Shown here: positions 9,961-25,448 of the stretch, piece by piece
Position numbering within the stretch: position 1 is the stretch's first letter
Layout: the number at the start of each line of letters is the position of its first letter
From: the human T2T-CHM13v2.0 reference genome, Homo sapiens
Length of the DNA: 64,000 nucleotides
Assembly: GCF_009914755.1 (NCBI RefSeq)
Contig: NC_060940.1
Reading direction: 5' to 3' (one strand)
Translations under genes and position numbers: made by a program
The notes under the pieces: model-generated
What the model was told of the DNA's origin: nothing
Seen by the model: only the letters and a program-made list of their open reading frames with translations
Databases searched by the model: none

Positions 9961-11394
9961 TCAAACTTTTCATTCAAATCTGCAGTTTTTATTTTGCTTA
10001 TTTTTAAAAAGTAGAGTCTAATGAGTCTAATCTTAGAAGGCTGTGTGGTAGTTTGTGAACTGTTTGAGTGGAACCTTTATGATGTCTTAAGAAGTCTCGG
10101 ACCTGCTTGGTGTCCACTCATCCAAGGCTTCCTGTCAGATATTCCAGCTGACAGCTCGCGCTGAAGCTCAGGCTCTGGTGTTGCTAACCTTCCCCACACC
10201 TGGCCAGAAAGAAGTCCTGCTTAAGGCAGTGGACACGGCACAGCTTTGTGCTTGACAAGGGGCCTTTTGACTGAGCGCTGCTCACTTCAGGTTCCCTGGC
10301 CTGGCTGTAGCCTTCTGCCCGGTGTGTCTGGGAGGAGAGAGAATGGTGGGACGGCAGTGGGGGGGCCGGGGAGGACATGTGGATGCCGAGGAATGGGAGC
10401 TGCAACAAGCCTGGAGGGACTGTTGTGACCTTGCTGCCCGTGTGTGCTGCGGGTGCCACCCTGCCCATGTGTGCTGGTGGCTGGTGCTGGGTTAGGTGCT
10501 TTGTGGACCTCGCCAGGGAGTGTGGGAAGTCTGGGGGCAGCTCCACATGATGGCTGCTGTGCTGGCTGAAGCAGTGGTGCCTCTTTGAGCTCTCGGGCAT
10601 GCCGGAAGTTTTGGAAACGCTACCCGGCCGTCTTCCGAGCTCCGCTGCTGGTGGTGGAGTTGGCATCTCAGTTCGCAGGCGGGAGCTGGGGATCGTTCAC
10701 GTGTTACTCTGAGATGGGGCCTTCGCCCTGCACAAATGCTGTCACTCACGTGTTTCCCCCCAGCAGGAGTTTGTTTACCATGTCCTCTGTGCAGGGACGC
10801 TGTTGGGCTCCCAGGTCAGGTGTGCAAAGCTGTTGGACCCAATGCCTTTTTTTTAGGATAGTTTTTTGGGGTAATGTCCTCTTACCCTAAAATGCAGTTC
10901 TTAGAAAATATAATTTATGTTTCCAAAAGAAAAGAAAATGTAATTTATAACTTATAGTTATTAGACTGCCCTAGCTGTAGAGAATGAATGTGATAGTATT
11001 GTGTAATAAGACAACACATTTCAACATGGTGATGGTTAGCCGTGAAAAAGCCGGACGTCCCACCTGGTGTGTTGCGTCCTGGTGACCGGGGGGCGGTCCC
11101 TGCAGATGGACCCAGGTGTGACACTGGGAGTTCAGCCCCCAGCTGGTGATGGAATATTACAGAATGGTGAGCAGTTCCTAATGAACTTTCACATAAAGCA
11201 AAGTATAATTTTTTCTAGACTTATGTAATAGTTGAATTCATGGAAAATTCAAGTCATAGTAAGACCGTGCAAAAATGTTTTGTGTGTAAACGTTGAATAG
11301 AGTAAGATTCTGAGTTCAGCGAGTTAGAAGCATGTTTTCCACTCATGAAGTTCTGGTTCATTGTAAGTTTTGTATGTGGAGAGTTTTTGTTGGG

Positions 11395-11540
11395 TGAGAC
11401 TGTCTCGCTCATTGAAGGACGTCTCAACCTCCCTTGCCTCTGCCTGCCAAATTCCAGTACTCTCTGAATCTTGACCACCAAAGATGTCCCACGGGATCTC
11501 AAAGCACCCCTGGGCACCTGCATTGAGAACCACTGTTCTA
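11395..11540. mobile_element. hAT-Charlie DNA transposon fragment (MER20-like)
   Basis: Ends in TTGAGAACCACTG terminal motif; internal ACCACCAAAGATGTCCC resembles MER20. Confidence 0.55.
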
Positions 11541-12399
11541 AGGAATTAAACACAAGGATGAACGAACCTCTCCTGCCCCCGGAACCTTGTGTGCTGGTGG
11601 ACGGCTGCCCATCACGTGTCACTTGTCACTTGTCACGTTGTGCCAGTGCTGGGCAGGTCATTGTCACCACTTGGGAAAAGTGTTGACAAAATTGGTCGTT
11701 AGATTCCACCACTGACAATGTGCGATGGGGAGAGAAGTTCCTCTGTGAAGAACTCCAAAGGCTGAGTGTGGTTTCTGTCGTGGGTTGGCCTTGAGGGTGC
11801 CTTGCTTGGATTCCATCTGCACAGGGCGGAGCTTGGGCCTCTGGCTGTCACAGTTGCCCTGACAGACACTGAGGTGACCTTGGCCAAGTCACGCATTCAT
11901 TTCCATCTGAGTTTCTAGTTTAAGATAAGAGGAAGAGGACCTGGAGCTCCTCTGGGGCTGCTTCGGCCCAGGGTCCTCCTGCTTTCTGAGGGTAACAGTG
12001 TCTGTGCCCATGAAAACATGTGATGTTAGTCACAGACCTGCCGTGGCAGAAATCCCCCATGCTTCCCTCTGCTGGGGGCAGGTGTTATCATTCACAGCCC
12101 TGCGGTGGTTGTCTGTCTGCTTGTCAACAAGCAGTGAAATAAGAGTAAAGTTGCCTAATACTGACTCAGATGCACAATCCAGTTAACCCAGATGTGTGAG
12201 ATCTTCCGGTTTGAAAGAACTGTATTGGCAAGGCAAAATCAACCTATTGTAGAATATATTTATTGTATATCAGCATGGGGATTATTAATATTGCTAATAA
12301 AACCATTATTTGTAAAAATTAAGATTAATAGAAGAATCGTTCTATTTTCTCATAGTTTTAAATAGGATAAAAATATATTCTATTCAAAATCCTATTTAA

Positions 12400-12725
<326 letters not shown>

Positions 12726-12758
12726 AGTGGAGTGATTTCCTTTCATAGTAAAGTTTTA

Positions 12759-13088
<330 letters not shown>

Positions 13089-13100
13089 GGATGTTATTAA

Positions 13101-13343
<243 letters not shown>

Positions 13344-13591
13344 TAAGTCCTGAAAATTAGAAATAAAAATTGCCAACAGTTGAAAGCTGTTGACAGAAAA
13401 TTGTAGGGGAGAAATAACAGATAAGAACATAATCCCAGTATGTCAATGAAAAAAAGTATGTTTAAATTAGAAAGTTACTAATTTGTGAACACATATGAGT
13501 GAATCAGAATTGTCTGTCTAAAATTGGGCAGTGGAACATTGAAAAGGAAAAGTCTCCAAAGTTAAAAATTGGTTAGCATTCCGAATAATAA

Positions 13592-13912
<321 letters not shown>

Positions 13913-14883
13913 GGACTCAAATATTTTAAATGAAGATTAGAAGTATGTAAGTCACAGATAGTATTACATCCAAATCGTATGCTGTTAAAATAGCCCGGGG
14001 TTCCCAGGGCTCACTCCTTGCTGTGAGGGATTAGCTGGGAAGTCCGAGTGTAATCTTACAGCACAGATGCAGACACCTTAAGGGGCTCTGAGTTGTGACG
14101 AGGCCCCTGGAGAGAGTGCGAGAAGCTGCCCCCTGCGGTGTCACTCGCCCTTCTGTTTAGAGCGGCTGCATCTGCTCAGAGCCAGCCCAACCCTCAAGGG
14201 CGGGCACAGCCTTGCAGCAGCAGGGGCGTCACTAAGGCCCCCTCTCTGTGTGTTGAAATTCACCCCACCTGTTGGTTATTTCTCATTAAAACTGACTGGT
14301 CTGTACTATCAGTGCTGAGAGCTGATTATTCTTTCCTTTCACTCTCTGGAACACAAGAAGGCAGTGGAGTACTGCTTGCCTCACTTGGCATTTTGGATCC
14401 AGATTTTTGGGTTCTACACCTGAATGAGATTCTTTAAATAACTTCGAGAACAAAGAAAAGAAAAAGAAAGCCCCTTTTATTTGAAGCTAAAGTTGAATCA
14501 TTGTAATAAAAATGCGAGTCACCTGGATGGGCCCCATCCAACAGTCATCATCGACTTGGGGACAAGAAAAATGGTCTTTTAAGTTTTGTAGGTAGGGGCG
14601 TATTTTCTTCCTGCAGGTGCGCCATCAGTTTGGATTTTGCTTCATTGTAGTTTTGGTGTAGTGACCTGAGGTTTTAACTTTAAAGATGTTTGGGCCTGTC
14701 CTTTGAATGCTAGTGTGGACAGTTCAGTTGGGGCATTCGTTATGTCACATGGCCTGCAGGGATCCAGGGCACGCACATGCTCACGTTTATACAGGTAAAT
14801 GTTAGCATCCTTTGTCTATACTTCGAAGCTGGACAGAGATAGTGGTGTAAACAGGATGCAGCAGAGCATGGAGTGTTGCCCGT

Positions 14884-15152
14884 CAGGGGATGCAGGCCCA
14901 CGTGGCTGCGCACATCCAAGACACAGGACACAGGGCGGGCGACAGGGGATGCAGGCCCACGTGGCTGCGCACATCCAGGACACAGGGCGGGCGACAGGGG
15001 ATGCAGGCCCGCGTGGCTGCGCACATCCAGGACACAGGGCGGGCGACAGGGGATGCAGGCCTGCGTGGCTGCGCACATCCAGGACACAGGGCGGGCGAGG
15101 GGATGCAGGCCTGTGTGGCTGCGCACATCCAGGACACAGGGCAGGTGACAGG
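14884..15152. repeat. 52-bp GC-rich minisatellite, 5 copies
   Basis: GGGGATGCAGGCCCACGTGGCTGCGCACATCCAGGACACAGGGCGGGCGACA units; source of six overlapping repetitive ORFs. Confidence 0.95.
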
Positions 15153-16016
15153 GCTCTGTGTCCCCAGCACACCTGTGGAGTTGGCTACTGGGCAGCTCAG
15201 ACAGCAGCTCACAGCCCAGGATTTTCTGCTTTGTTTTCATTAACTGAACATACTGACTGACTCGAAAAATTATTTTTAAAAATAAAAAGCTAATTTTATT
15301 TTAGTTTATTTTAATTAAAAAATAGATTTTAAAATCTGCTTTTTAAAGTCATAGATGTTTATCTTTAAGAACATTAAACAATTAAAGAACTAGCATGTTT
15401 CTACAATTTTACAACAATTATAAACCATAGGCTTCTGTATAAGACTAGTTCTGGAAATTTTTAAAAATGTGATTTCTTTTAAAGTATGTCTTCCAGAGAT
15501 GTGTCATGTAAGACCCAATGAAGGAGAAATTTTTCTTTTCCTCAGAACTGACTGTTGACCCATGGATAATTGAAATATTTGATTAAGGAATGATTTTAAT
15601 TCTCTCTAGTATGCTGTCTGCTGATTCTCTGTTTTATTTCCTAGAGTGTCTTTTATTTTATTTCCTAGAGGGTCTTTTATTTTTCCTAGAGGGTCTTTTA
15701 TCTATTTTATTGATAGATATTTGTGGAAAGGCTGTTGTGGTGTTATGTAGAGCTAGGCCTCATTCTGAGCATCTCTGTTCTGGCACGGGAGCATGAGAGG
15801 TCTTGGCCAGGGTAAACCAGTTTTTTCAGTTGTGGGTCATTGACATTCTCAGTCAAAATTATAGCATTTCATAGGCTTTAGAATCTGACAAACTCAAGGG
15901 AGAGCTGCGTGAATTGTGAAGAAATGGTTTGGTCTCAGCTAAGATGGTTTTGTTTAATTCTTTTCTTATTTAATATTGAATTTTGGTTGCTTTCGTTTAA
16001 TTTCGTGTACATGTAA

Positions 16017-16358
<342 letters not shown>

Positions 16359-16426
16359 GCTGCATACTTTGAGTGACCTAATAGTGACACCCTCTACATG
16401 CTAGGGCTGAGTACTAGCCAAAGAAA

Positions 16427-16575
16427 ACATACAGTTTACATACCTGCAACTTCGGGAATTATTCACATAATCGTATGATACAGTTTACATACCTACAACT
16501 TCGGGAATTAGTCACATAATTGTATGATACAGCTTACATACATACAACTTTGGGAATTATTAACATAATCATATG
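16427..16575. repeat. 50-bp AT-rich tandem repeat, 3 copies
   Basis: ATACAGTTTACATACCT(G/A)CAACTTCGGGAATTA..CACATAAT repeated with period 50. Confidence 0.9.
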
Positions 16576-16689
16576 CTTTAGAGATACAATCTAATAACCA
16601 AACTAATGAGAAACATACATTTAAATGTTGTAATGATTATGCACATTCTAATAATTTGGAGCACTTCTCTAGTTTTAGAATAACTCAGA

Positions 16690-18158
<1,469 letters not shown>

Positions 18159-18875
18159 CTAGAGTGTGTCCGCACACTGTTCCTCATGGTACCCACTGTA
18201 TGTTTCCATGTCTGTGGGTCCACAGGATGCTCCGCGGCCAAGCCTCCCTGGGCTCCTCTGATCTGTGGCCCTTTCTCATGCTTCCTTGTTTTTGGCGACT
18301 TTTTGAGGACCGTTGGGGTCGGTTATTTTGTAGGATGTGCCTCTGTTGGAATTTGTCTCCTGACTAGACTGGGGTCACAGGTTTTGGGGAGGGAGGACAT
18401 GGAGGTGAAGTCCTTCTCATCACATCCTGTCCAGGCCAGCACTGTCAGGAGGACTCAGTGCTTAATGCTGATGCAGGTCACCTGGCTGAGGTGTGCTCTT
18501 CAGCATTTTCCACAGTCAAGTGACTCTTTCAGCTTTCATCCTGCACTTTGGAAGGAAGCTGCTATGCCCATCACCCAGTTAAGGAGTGGGGAGTTGTGTG
18601 CCGCCTCTTCGAGGGTGGAGCATCACAGATACTGTTGTCAGTCTACCTGGGAGCCTTGTTTCTTCTTTCCCATTTATTCACTTATTCACTCATCCGTTTC
18701 CATCAGTGTGTGCTCATGGAGATGTATTTTACACTCTGGGTTAGAATCAAGTTCTGCTTCATTCTGGTGCTCACATCCTTCCAGCTTTGGCCATTGGCAG
18801 CTCGTCAGTTGGTTCCCGTGCCCCTTGACATTCCCTCCATTCCCTCTTCATTGTAGGTGTTTCATCATTAGTGTT

Positions 18876-19271
<396 letters not shown>

Positions 19272-19282
19272 TGAAAAATGAC

Positions 19283-19436
19283 GTTAGAGACCAGGATGCG
19301 GTGTTTGGAGGGCCTTGGCGTTAGAGACCAGGATGCGGTGTTTGGAGGGCCCTGGCATTAGAGACCAGGATGTGGTGTTAGAGACCAGGATGCGGTGTTT
19401 GGAGGGCCCTGGTGTTAAGAGACCAGGATGCGGTGC
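19283..19436. repeat. About 37-bp tandem repeat (GTTAGAGACCAGGATGCGGTGTTTGGAGGGCCCTGGC), 4-5 copies
   Basis: AGAGACCAGGATG recurs five times, one unit shortened. Confidence 0.9.
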
Positions 19437-20139
19437 ACGGCGGTGCGCTGCGTCCTCTGAGCATGCGAAGGGCCCTGGGCGGCTTTTCACCCAAACATGT
19501 TGCCTAGGAGCCCTGCATCCTGTGCCGTTGCAGAGTGCTGACTTCTGTGGAGTCAGTCCTGACACTGCTTCCCTCTCTCACTGGTAGTCATTTCTGTAGC
19601 TTCTAGGAAAGAGGAAGAAAACACACCCGTCTTTGACCTGCTCGCCCTCTGATTTGGGACTGTTGGGTGGAAGTCACAGATCTCTGTCGGAGCACAAGCG
19701 TGGCTCCTTGGGGAGAGCAGCGTGAGGAGTTAGATCTGGAGCCTCTCAAAGCCAATTGCCAGAAGCTAGAAGCTTCTTTCTTTCTTTAGCAACGAGGTTT
19801 TAAAGTTTGTTACATTAGGTTAGTCCTGTTTCTCTGGTGCAGTGGTTATTTGGAGAGTTGGTTTTATTTTCAGTTTTGCTTATTTCATTAGATTATTAGG
19901 AAGAAAATTTTAATGCCAATTTATTTTTACCCCTGGGTACTTTTTGTTAGATCATGTTTTTATGACTTTTTAATCTTTAGTGTGGTACAGTGGCTTAGGC
20001 CTGTAATCGCAGCAACTCGGGAGACTGAGGTGACCCAAGTCACGTGTGAGGAATGTCACGCCCAGCAACCTCAGGGAACACGCTCTTCTCCAAATTGCCA
20101 CCCACTAGACTGTGAAGCCACCTCAATGCCACAGGATGG

Positions 20140-20690
20140 GGGCTTGCAGAATGTGTTTTGTGACCAAATGGAATTAAGGCAAAAATTAATGAGAAGAAAA
20201 GTAGAAAAATCCCTGAATGATTGGGAGTTAAATAACAAACATTTAAATAACCCCTAGGTCAGATAAGAAAGAAAACTGGACATGTGAAGGTATTTGTAAC
20301 TGAATGACACATGCAAATTGATCAAAACTTGGGGAATACATCGACAGTTGTATTAGAGAAAAGCTTAAAGACAAGGAAAAATTAAGGAAATGAGGCACAA
20401 AACGTAGAGTAGATACAACCAACAAAACCAAATTGGATTCTTTGAGAAGATTAGTACACTTGAGAAAGCCCTGGTACACTAGTCAGAGAAAAGAGAGCAG
20501 GGACAAATTACAATGTCAGAATCTACGAACCCTTCAGACATAAAAACTTGAGGCTGTCTCAAAAGTCAGTGGGAAACGTTAAATGCAATTGACAAATTAC
20601 TAGGAAAAAACTGCTATCAGAAGAAATAGAACATGTTACTAGCTCCTGTCTTTCAGAAATCTTACCTATATCTTGTCACAAAGAAAAACT
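20140..20690 (+). mobile_element. Degraded L1 fragment
   Basis: A-rich sense L1 motifs: TTTAAATAACCC, TGGATTCTTTGAGAAGATTA, GACAAATTACTAGGAAAAA. Confidence 0.55.
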
Positions 20691-23600
20691 GCCACCACAC
20701 CCGGCTAATTTTTTTGTATTTTTAGTAGAGATGGCCTCAGCCTTCTGTACAGTCTCTGGGGCTGTACAGAAACCTGTTTCCTGCAGGGACATACATTTAA
20801 CGTCTGTGAAAGCCTCAGACCCCCTGAGCACACCTGCCTAGCCGTGTTGTGGACGAACAAGGGCTGATGAAATGCCTGTGGAGGCTGATTTCACCGGAGT
20901 CAGGGGAAGTCGGTCTAAGCAAAGAGCAGGGGCAGGGATGAAAATAACAGAACAGTGACCCAGGTAGCAACCGTGTGCCGGGGAGGCTGGGCCAAGCATT
21001 TATAGAAACTGCCCAAAGAACAGCGCAGGGAGGGCATTTCGGCCCATTTTACAGACCAGGAAAACGGGCGGAGAGGCTGAGTGACTGCCCGAGGCGACAC
21101 ACAGCTCTCCCGCCCTGTTCGCTTATGCACAGTCTTGGCCATGCAGTGAAGGGAGTTCCCAGCAGTGTCCCCCGCCCACTCGCATCCTATTGCCCAGCTG
21201 AGCCCCTCCCTTGGCTCTCCCACCCATGGGCCCGATGGCCGCAGCTGGGATCCACCGGACACTGCAGTCCCCCAGGCTTCGGGTCTTTGCCTCCTTAGTC
21301 ACCTGTGAAGCACCTCCTATGCGCCAGCTCTGCCCATCCAGGGAGAAGCAGCATAGCCCGGCCACCCGAGGCCTCCTGTGCGCTTCCCCATCTGAGGTCC
21401 GTGATCAGAACTGCGGGCTTCTCCGCAGAGGTCGGGGCAGTGACAGGACAGCCGCGGGCTTCTCCTCAGAGGTCGGGGCAGTGACAGGACAGCCTCAGCC
21501 TCTTTAGACGCTGCCTTCAGGGAGCAGTGAAAGAGGGAGGGAGAGACAGAGAGCACCCGGGCGGGTCTCCCAGCCACGCCAGGCAGGTGGGCGGGATTTA
21601 TGTGCCAGGTACTGTGCTGGCTATCACCGGGGCCTGGTGGTCTCTTGGAGTCACAAGCAGCCGCCTGAGATGAGGTTTATGATTTTGAGTTAGAATAGGA
21701 CTGAAGCTCATTCCCAAGGGGCTGGCCGGGCCGGCTCTCCCTGCCCGCCGGCATCTCCACTGCCTCTGCTGTCCTGAAGCTCTTATGAGGGTTCACATTA
21801 CTAGGACGCCAATGTGGGTTCTCCTCTGGGCTCTGGCCCCAAGGCACCCCAACCTCAGACATGTCACTGTCTGGGCCTACTACAAATGGAGACTGCAGTT
21901 CTATGATGGGAAAATCTCTACACCATCGGTCATTTGGGCTATAGAAGAAAAAGAAATTATTTTCAGCTGCAGCTTCGTTTTTGGAATCTTGGCAGAAAAG
22001 TTAACAGTGGAGGGGGAAGGAGGCTGGGCACCCTGCCACGAGGCTGGTTCTTGTGGTCCTGGGCACCATCCGGTCACTTTAAAGAAGCAGGTGTCCCCGA
22101 TGGTACACACGTGCCTTGTCAGGGTGCACTGTCGGCCACCTGCTCGCGGTTGGGACACACACGAGGGCTATGAGGACCCGGGGGTGGTGGCCAAGTGACT
22201 CCACAGTGGCCCAGTTGCGGTCTCTTCACTTGCTGGATGGTGGCTCAGCCTGACAGGTTTCACAGGTATCCACGGGTCTGAGTCCAGAGCTGCCCCACAC
22301 AGATGGCCCCTCCCCAGGTCCTGCATCAGCCATCGAGAGGTTCCTGCCCAGACCTCAGGTGACCCCAGCTCCGGTCACTTCTGCCCAAAGGCAAATGAGC
22401 TTTTCCTAAAGTCCAAACCCAGTGGTCCCCACAAATCTGAGCAAAGCTGGAAACCCTTGTTCGTTCTGTGGTGCACAGGGCGGGCAACTCTGCGGCTGAA
22501 ATTGCTGTTTTCAGCTACTGTCAGCTGAGCCTTGCCTGGAGCCTGAAACCGCATTGAGGGCTTTCTGTGCTTTGCCTCCCAGAATCCTGGCTGTGGCCTC
22601 ATGAAACAGGTGCCGTTAAAATCAGCTGCATTGGAAACAGCCGAGTCAGGCAATGAAGGCACAGAGAGGTTAGACAACTTGTGGAAAATCATGCAGCACC
22701 GGTGCCTCCACATTCACACTCCGCCCCTCCGTGTCCTGCAATCCTGACCAGCCCCATGTTCCCCAGGACAAGCTGCCAGCATCCCGGAAGGGGTTAATCC
22801 CCCTCTGGTGGCTCAGCTCCTGCCACTCTCCCGAGTGCTTTTGCACATGGTCTGGCCTCAATGTGCCCAGGACGGCCCTGTGCTGGGGAGGAAAGCGCTT
22901 ACATAATCCTCCCCGAGTGTTTTCTCTCTCAGGCGGCGTGCACATCCCACTTGGGTTGCAACACAGGCAAGCAGATGCCAGGAAATTCTGAGGCTGCTGC
23001 TGAGCCTGGGCTGGGTGAGGCTCAGACCCGAGACCCCCTCACCTGTGTGGGCCCTTGGCTTCCTCTGTGCCCCTCCCGATCGGGGTCCCTGGCGCAGACT
23101 CTTGTTCAGACCGTGCAAGGTAGATGCGTGGTCAGGAGCCCACGGCTCAGGACAGAAGCCATTTGGGGAACCAGTGGGACCTCCAGCGGCTTGGAGGAGG
23201 CTGAGTGGGAAGCACGTTCCTACCCAGGCTGAGCACTTCACACAGGGGGCTGGGCCAGGGGGAGAGCTGCCTGCCCCAGAGACCCCTACCTGCCTTCCTG
23301 TGCTGGCACAGCCATGCCCAGCCTCCGCTGGACAGCTTGGACTGAGGTTTCCTTGTGGTGGCCCCTCCCCAGAATGTCTACCGGGGGCACAGGCCCTGGC
23401 AGCATGCACGTCACCCGGGGGGCTTTTAACAGAGACCAGCAACCCTCCCACAGAGGACTGGCGTGGGGGAGGCAGGCACTACCCAGCCAATCCGGGTGGA
23501 CAGGCATTTTCCACAGCTCGGGAAACGGAGCCGGGCCAGGAAGGTTGGAGCTCAGCTCTTGGGTGAGAGCCACGGAGCCCTGGCTGAGCCTCACCTGCGC

Positions 23601-24289
23601 TCGGAGCCCATTTCCTTTTCTGTCAAATTCACGATGGGATCTGGCCCCTGACTCCACCCCAGCAGCACCAAAGACACCGCCCTGCGCTCATTACATTTCC
23701 TCCCAGCCCGCGGGGGGTCAGGGGGGGTGGGGGTGAGGGTGGGCGCAGGCACTGCCTGGCAGGGGAGTGAAAGGAAGGGCAGCGCCCGCCCAGGCCTGGG
23801 CCCCTCCCCAGCACGTCTCCTCCCCAACCTGCTGCCGCAGAGGGTGGACACCCGGCAGGGCCTGGCGAGGGGCGGCAGGGCGGGTTGTGTGCCTGGGGCT
23901 GGGGGATGAGTGTTGGGGTCTGCTGGCGCTGACAGTGGGGTGAGGACTGTGTCCCCTGGATTCCCTCCACCCCCGGGCCCTCTTGCCTGGCGGGGACAGC
24001 CAGGAGACTGAGCATTCTCCGTGTCCTGAGGCTCTTCTTGAAACGGTCCCCAGGATCCTGTGAGCAGGAGCCGCGCAAGGCCTGGATCAGCCTTGATCTC
24101 ATCTTGAACTCCCTGACTTCTTGCACTGGAAGGTGCTGGGCGCCAAGTCCTCACTGCGGGTGAAGGACCCAGAGGAGAGGAGTGAGCCGAGGCTGCCTGC
24201 CCATGGCCAGGGGGTCTGAGTTGGGGCACGTTTCCCATTTGGTGGCCTCAGACCCTGCTGGCTGCCAACCCTTGGAATAAGCAACAGGG

Positions 24290-24392
24290 CACCTTGGACC
24301 CAAGAGCCTGGTGGCCATGAGCCCATCTGAATGCCCGGAACTCACCTTGGACCCAACGGCCTGGTGGCCACGAGCCCATCTGAATGCCCGGA
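24290..24392. repeat. About 53-bp direct duplication, 2 copies
   Basis: CACCTTGGACCCAA..GCCTGGTGGCCA(T/C)GAGCCCATCTGAATGCCCGGA twice. Confidence 0.85.
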
Positions 24393-25375
24393 GCTGGGGA
24401 GCTGGGACCAAGTAGTGGGAACTGTGCTTGCCTCCCGGCCAGGCCGCCTGTCATGGGAAATGGGCCACCGGAGCCCCTGCCCAGCAGTTGGCTGCCCCCC
24501 AGGGCTGCTCCGGCCAAGCTTCTCCAGAGGTCACGCACTCCACCACATCCTCCCACCCCACTGGGGCCAGCCCTGCTGGAGGAGGGGGTGCCCCCACAGA
24601 GTCTGCCCCCGCCGCTGCCGGCGAGGACCTCCGGGTGTGACCACACAGGGCCCGGGCTCCCATCCAGGCCGAGTGGGCGCAGGGCACGGCTTCTCCATGG
24701 AGTCCCAGGCTCTCTGCCTCCAGGGGCCAGGCATGCCTGAATGAGGGCCTCATCCTGGAGGACGGGGAGGGGTGCAGGAGGCGGCTCAGGAATCCCTCAG
24801 GGCGCCCCAGGCCAGGCTGATCACAGCAGAGCAGCCTTAGCAAAGCTTCCAGCTTACTCCAGCCTTTGCCACACGTCTGCAATGGGGACTTTTCAAAGCT
24901 GATCTCGGTGCAGTGGGTGTAGCTGATTCCGGCCCCGGGCTGCGGAGCCAGGAAGGAAAGCCTGCGTCTGCTTTTTGCTGGAGTTTAGCACGAGTGCTGC
25001 AGATGGCAATGCTGTGCCGCCATGAATTAAGTGGGTTTCATCCCAGTGCTGCTCTCTCCAGCCAGGGCCAGGCTCCTAGAGGGGCTCACAGGGCTCCCAA
25101 GCTGGACTCCCTGCCCCAGCCCCTTCCTCTTCCCCGGCTCTCAGCAGAGCGGGGCTGTCATTTCACCAAGCAGCCATGGGGGTGGGGGCCAGAGCCTTGT
25201 GGGCTCATGGGTGTGGGGGGAGTGAGGTGGGTCCCTGCCCGTGGGGGAATGTGGGGGCCCAGCGGTGCTGGAACAGGAGTGATTCTGCCCCCAAGCAGGA
25301 AACACAAATCAATATCTGAATGGGGTTGTTGCAACTGGGGAGGGGGCGATACTGGCAATTTGGGGGTGTAAGTCA

Positions 25376-25448
25376 GAGGGAGGAGGGAGGGAGGGAGAAA
25401 GAAGGGAGAGAGGGAGGATGGAGGGAGGGAGGAAGGAGGAGAAGAAGG
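25376..25448 (+). repeat. Polypurine (GGAG/GGAA) tract
   Basis: About 70 bp almost purely A/G. Confidence 0.85.
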
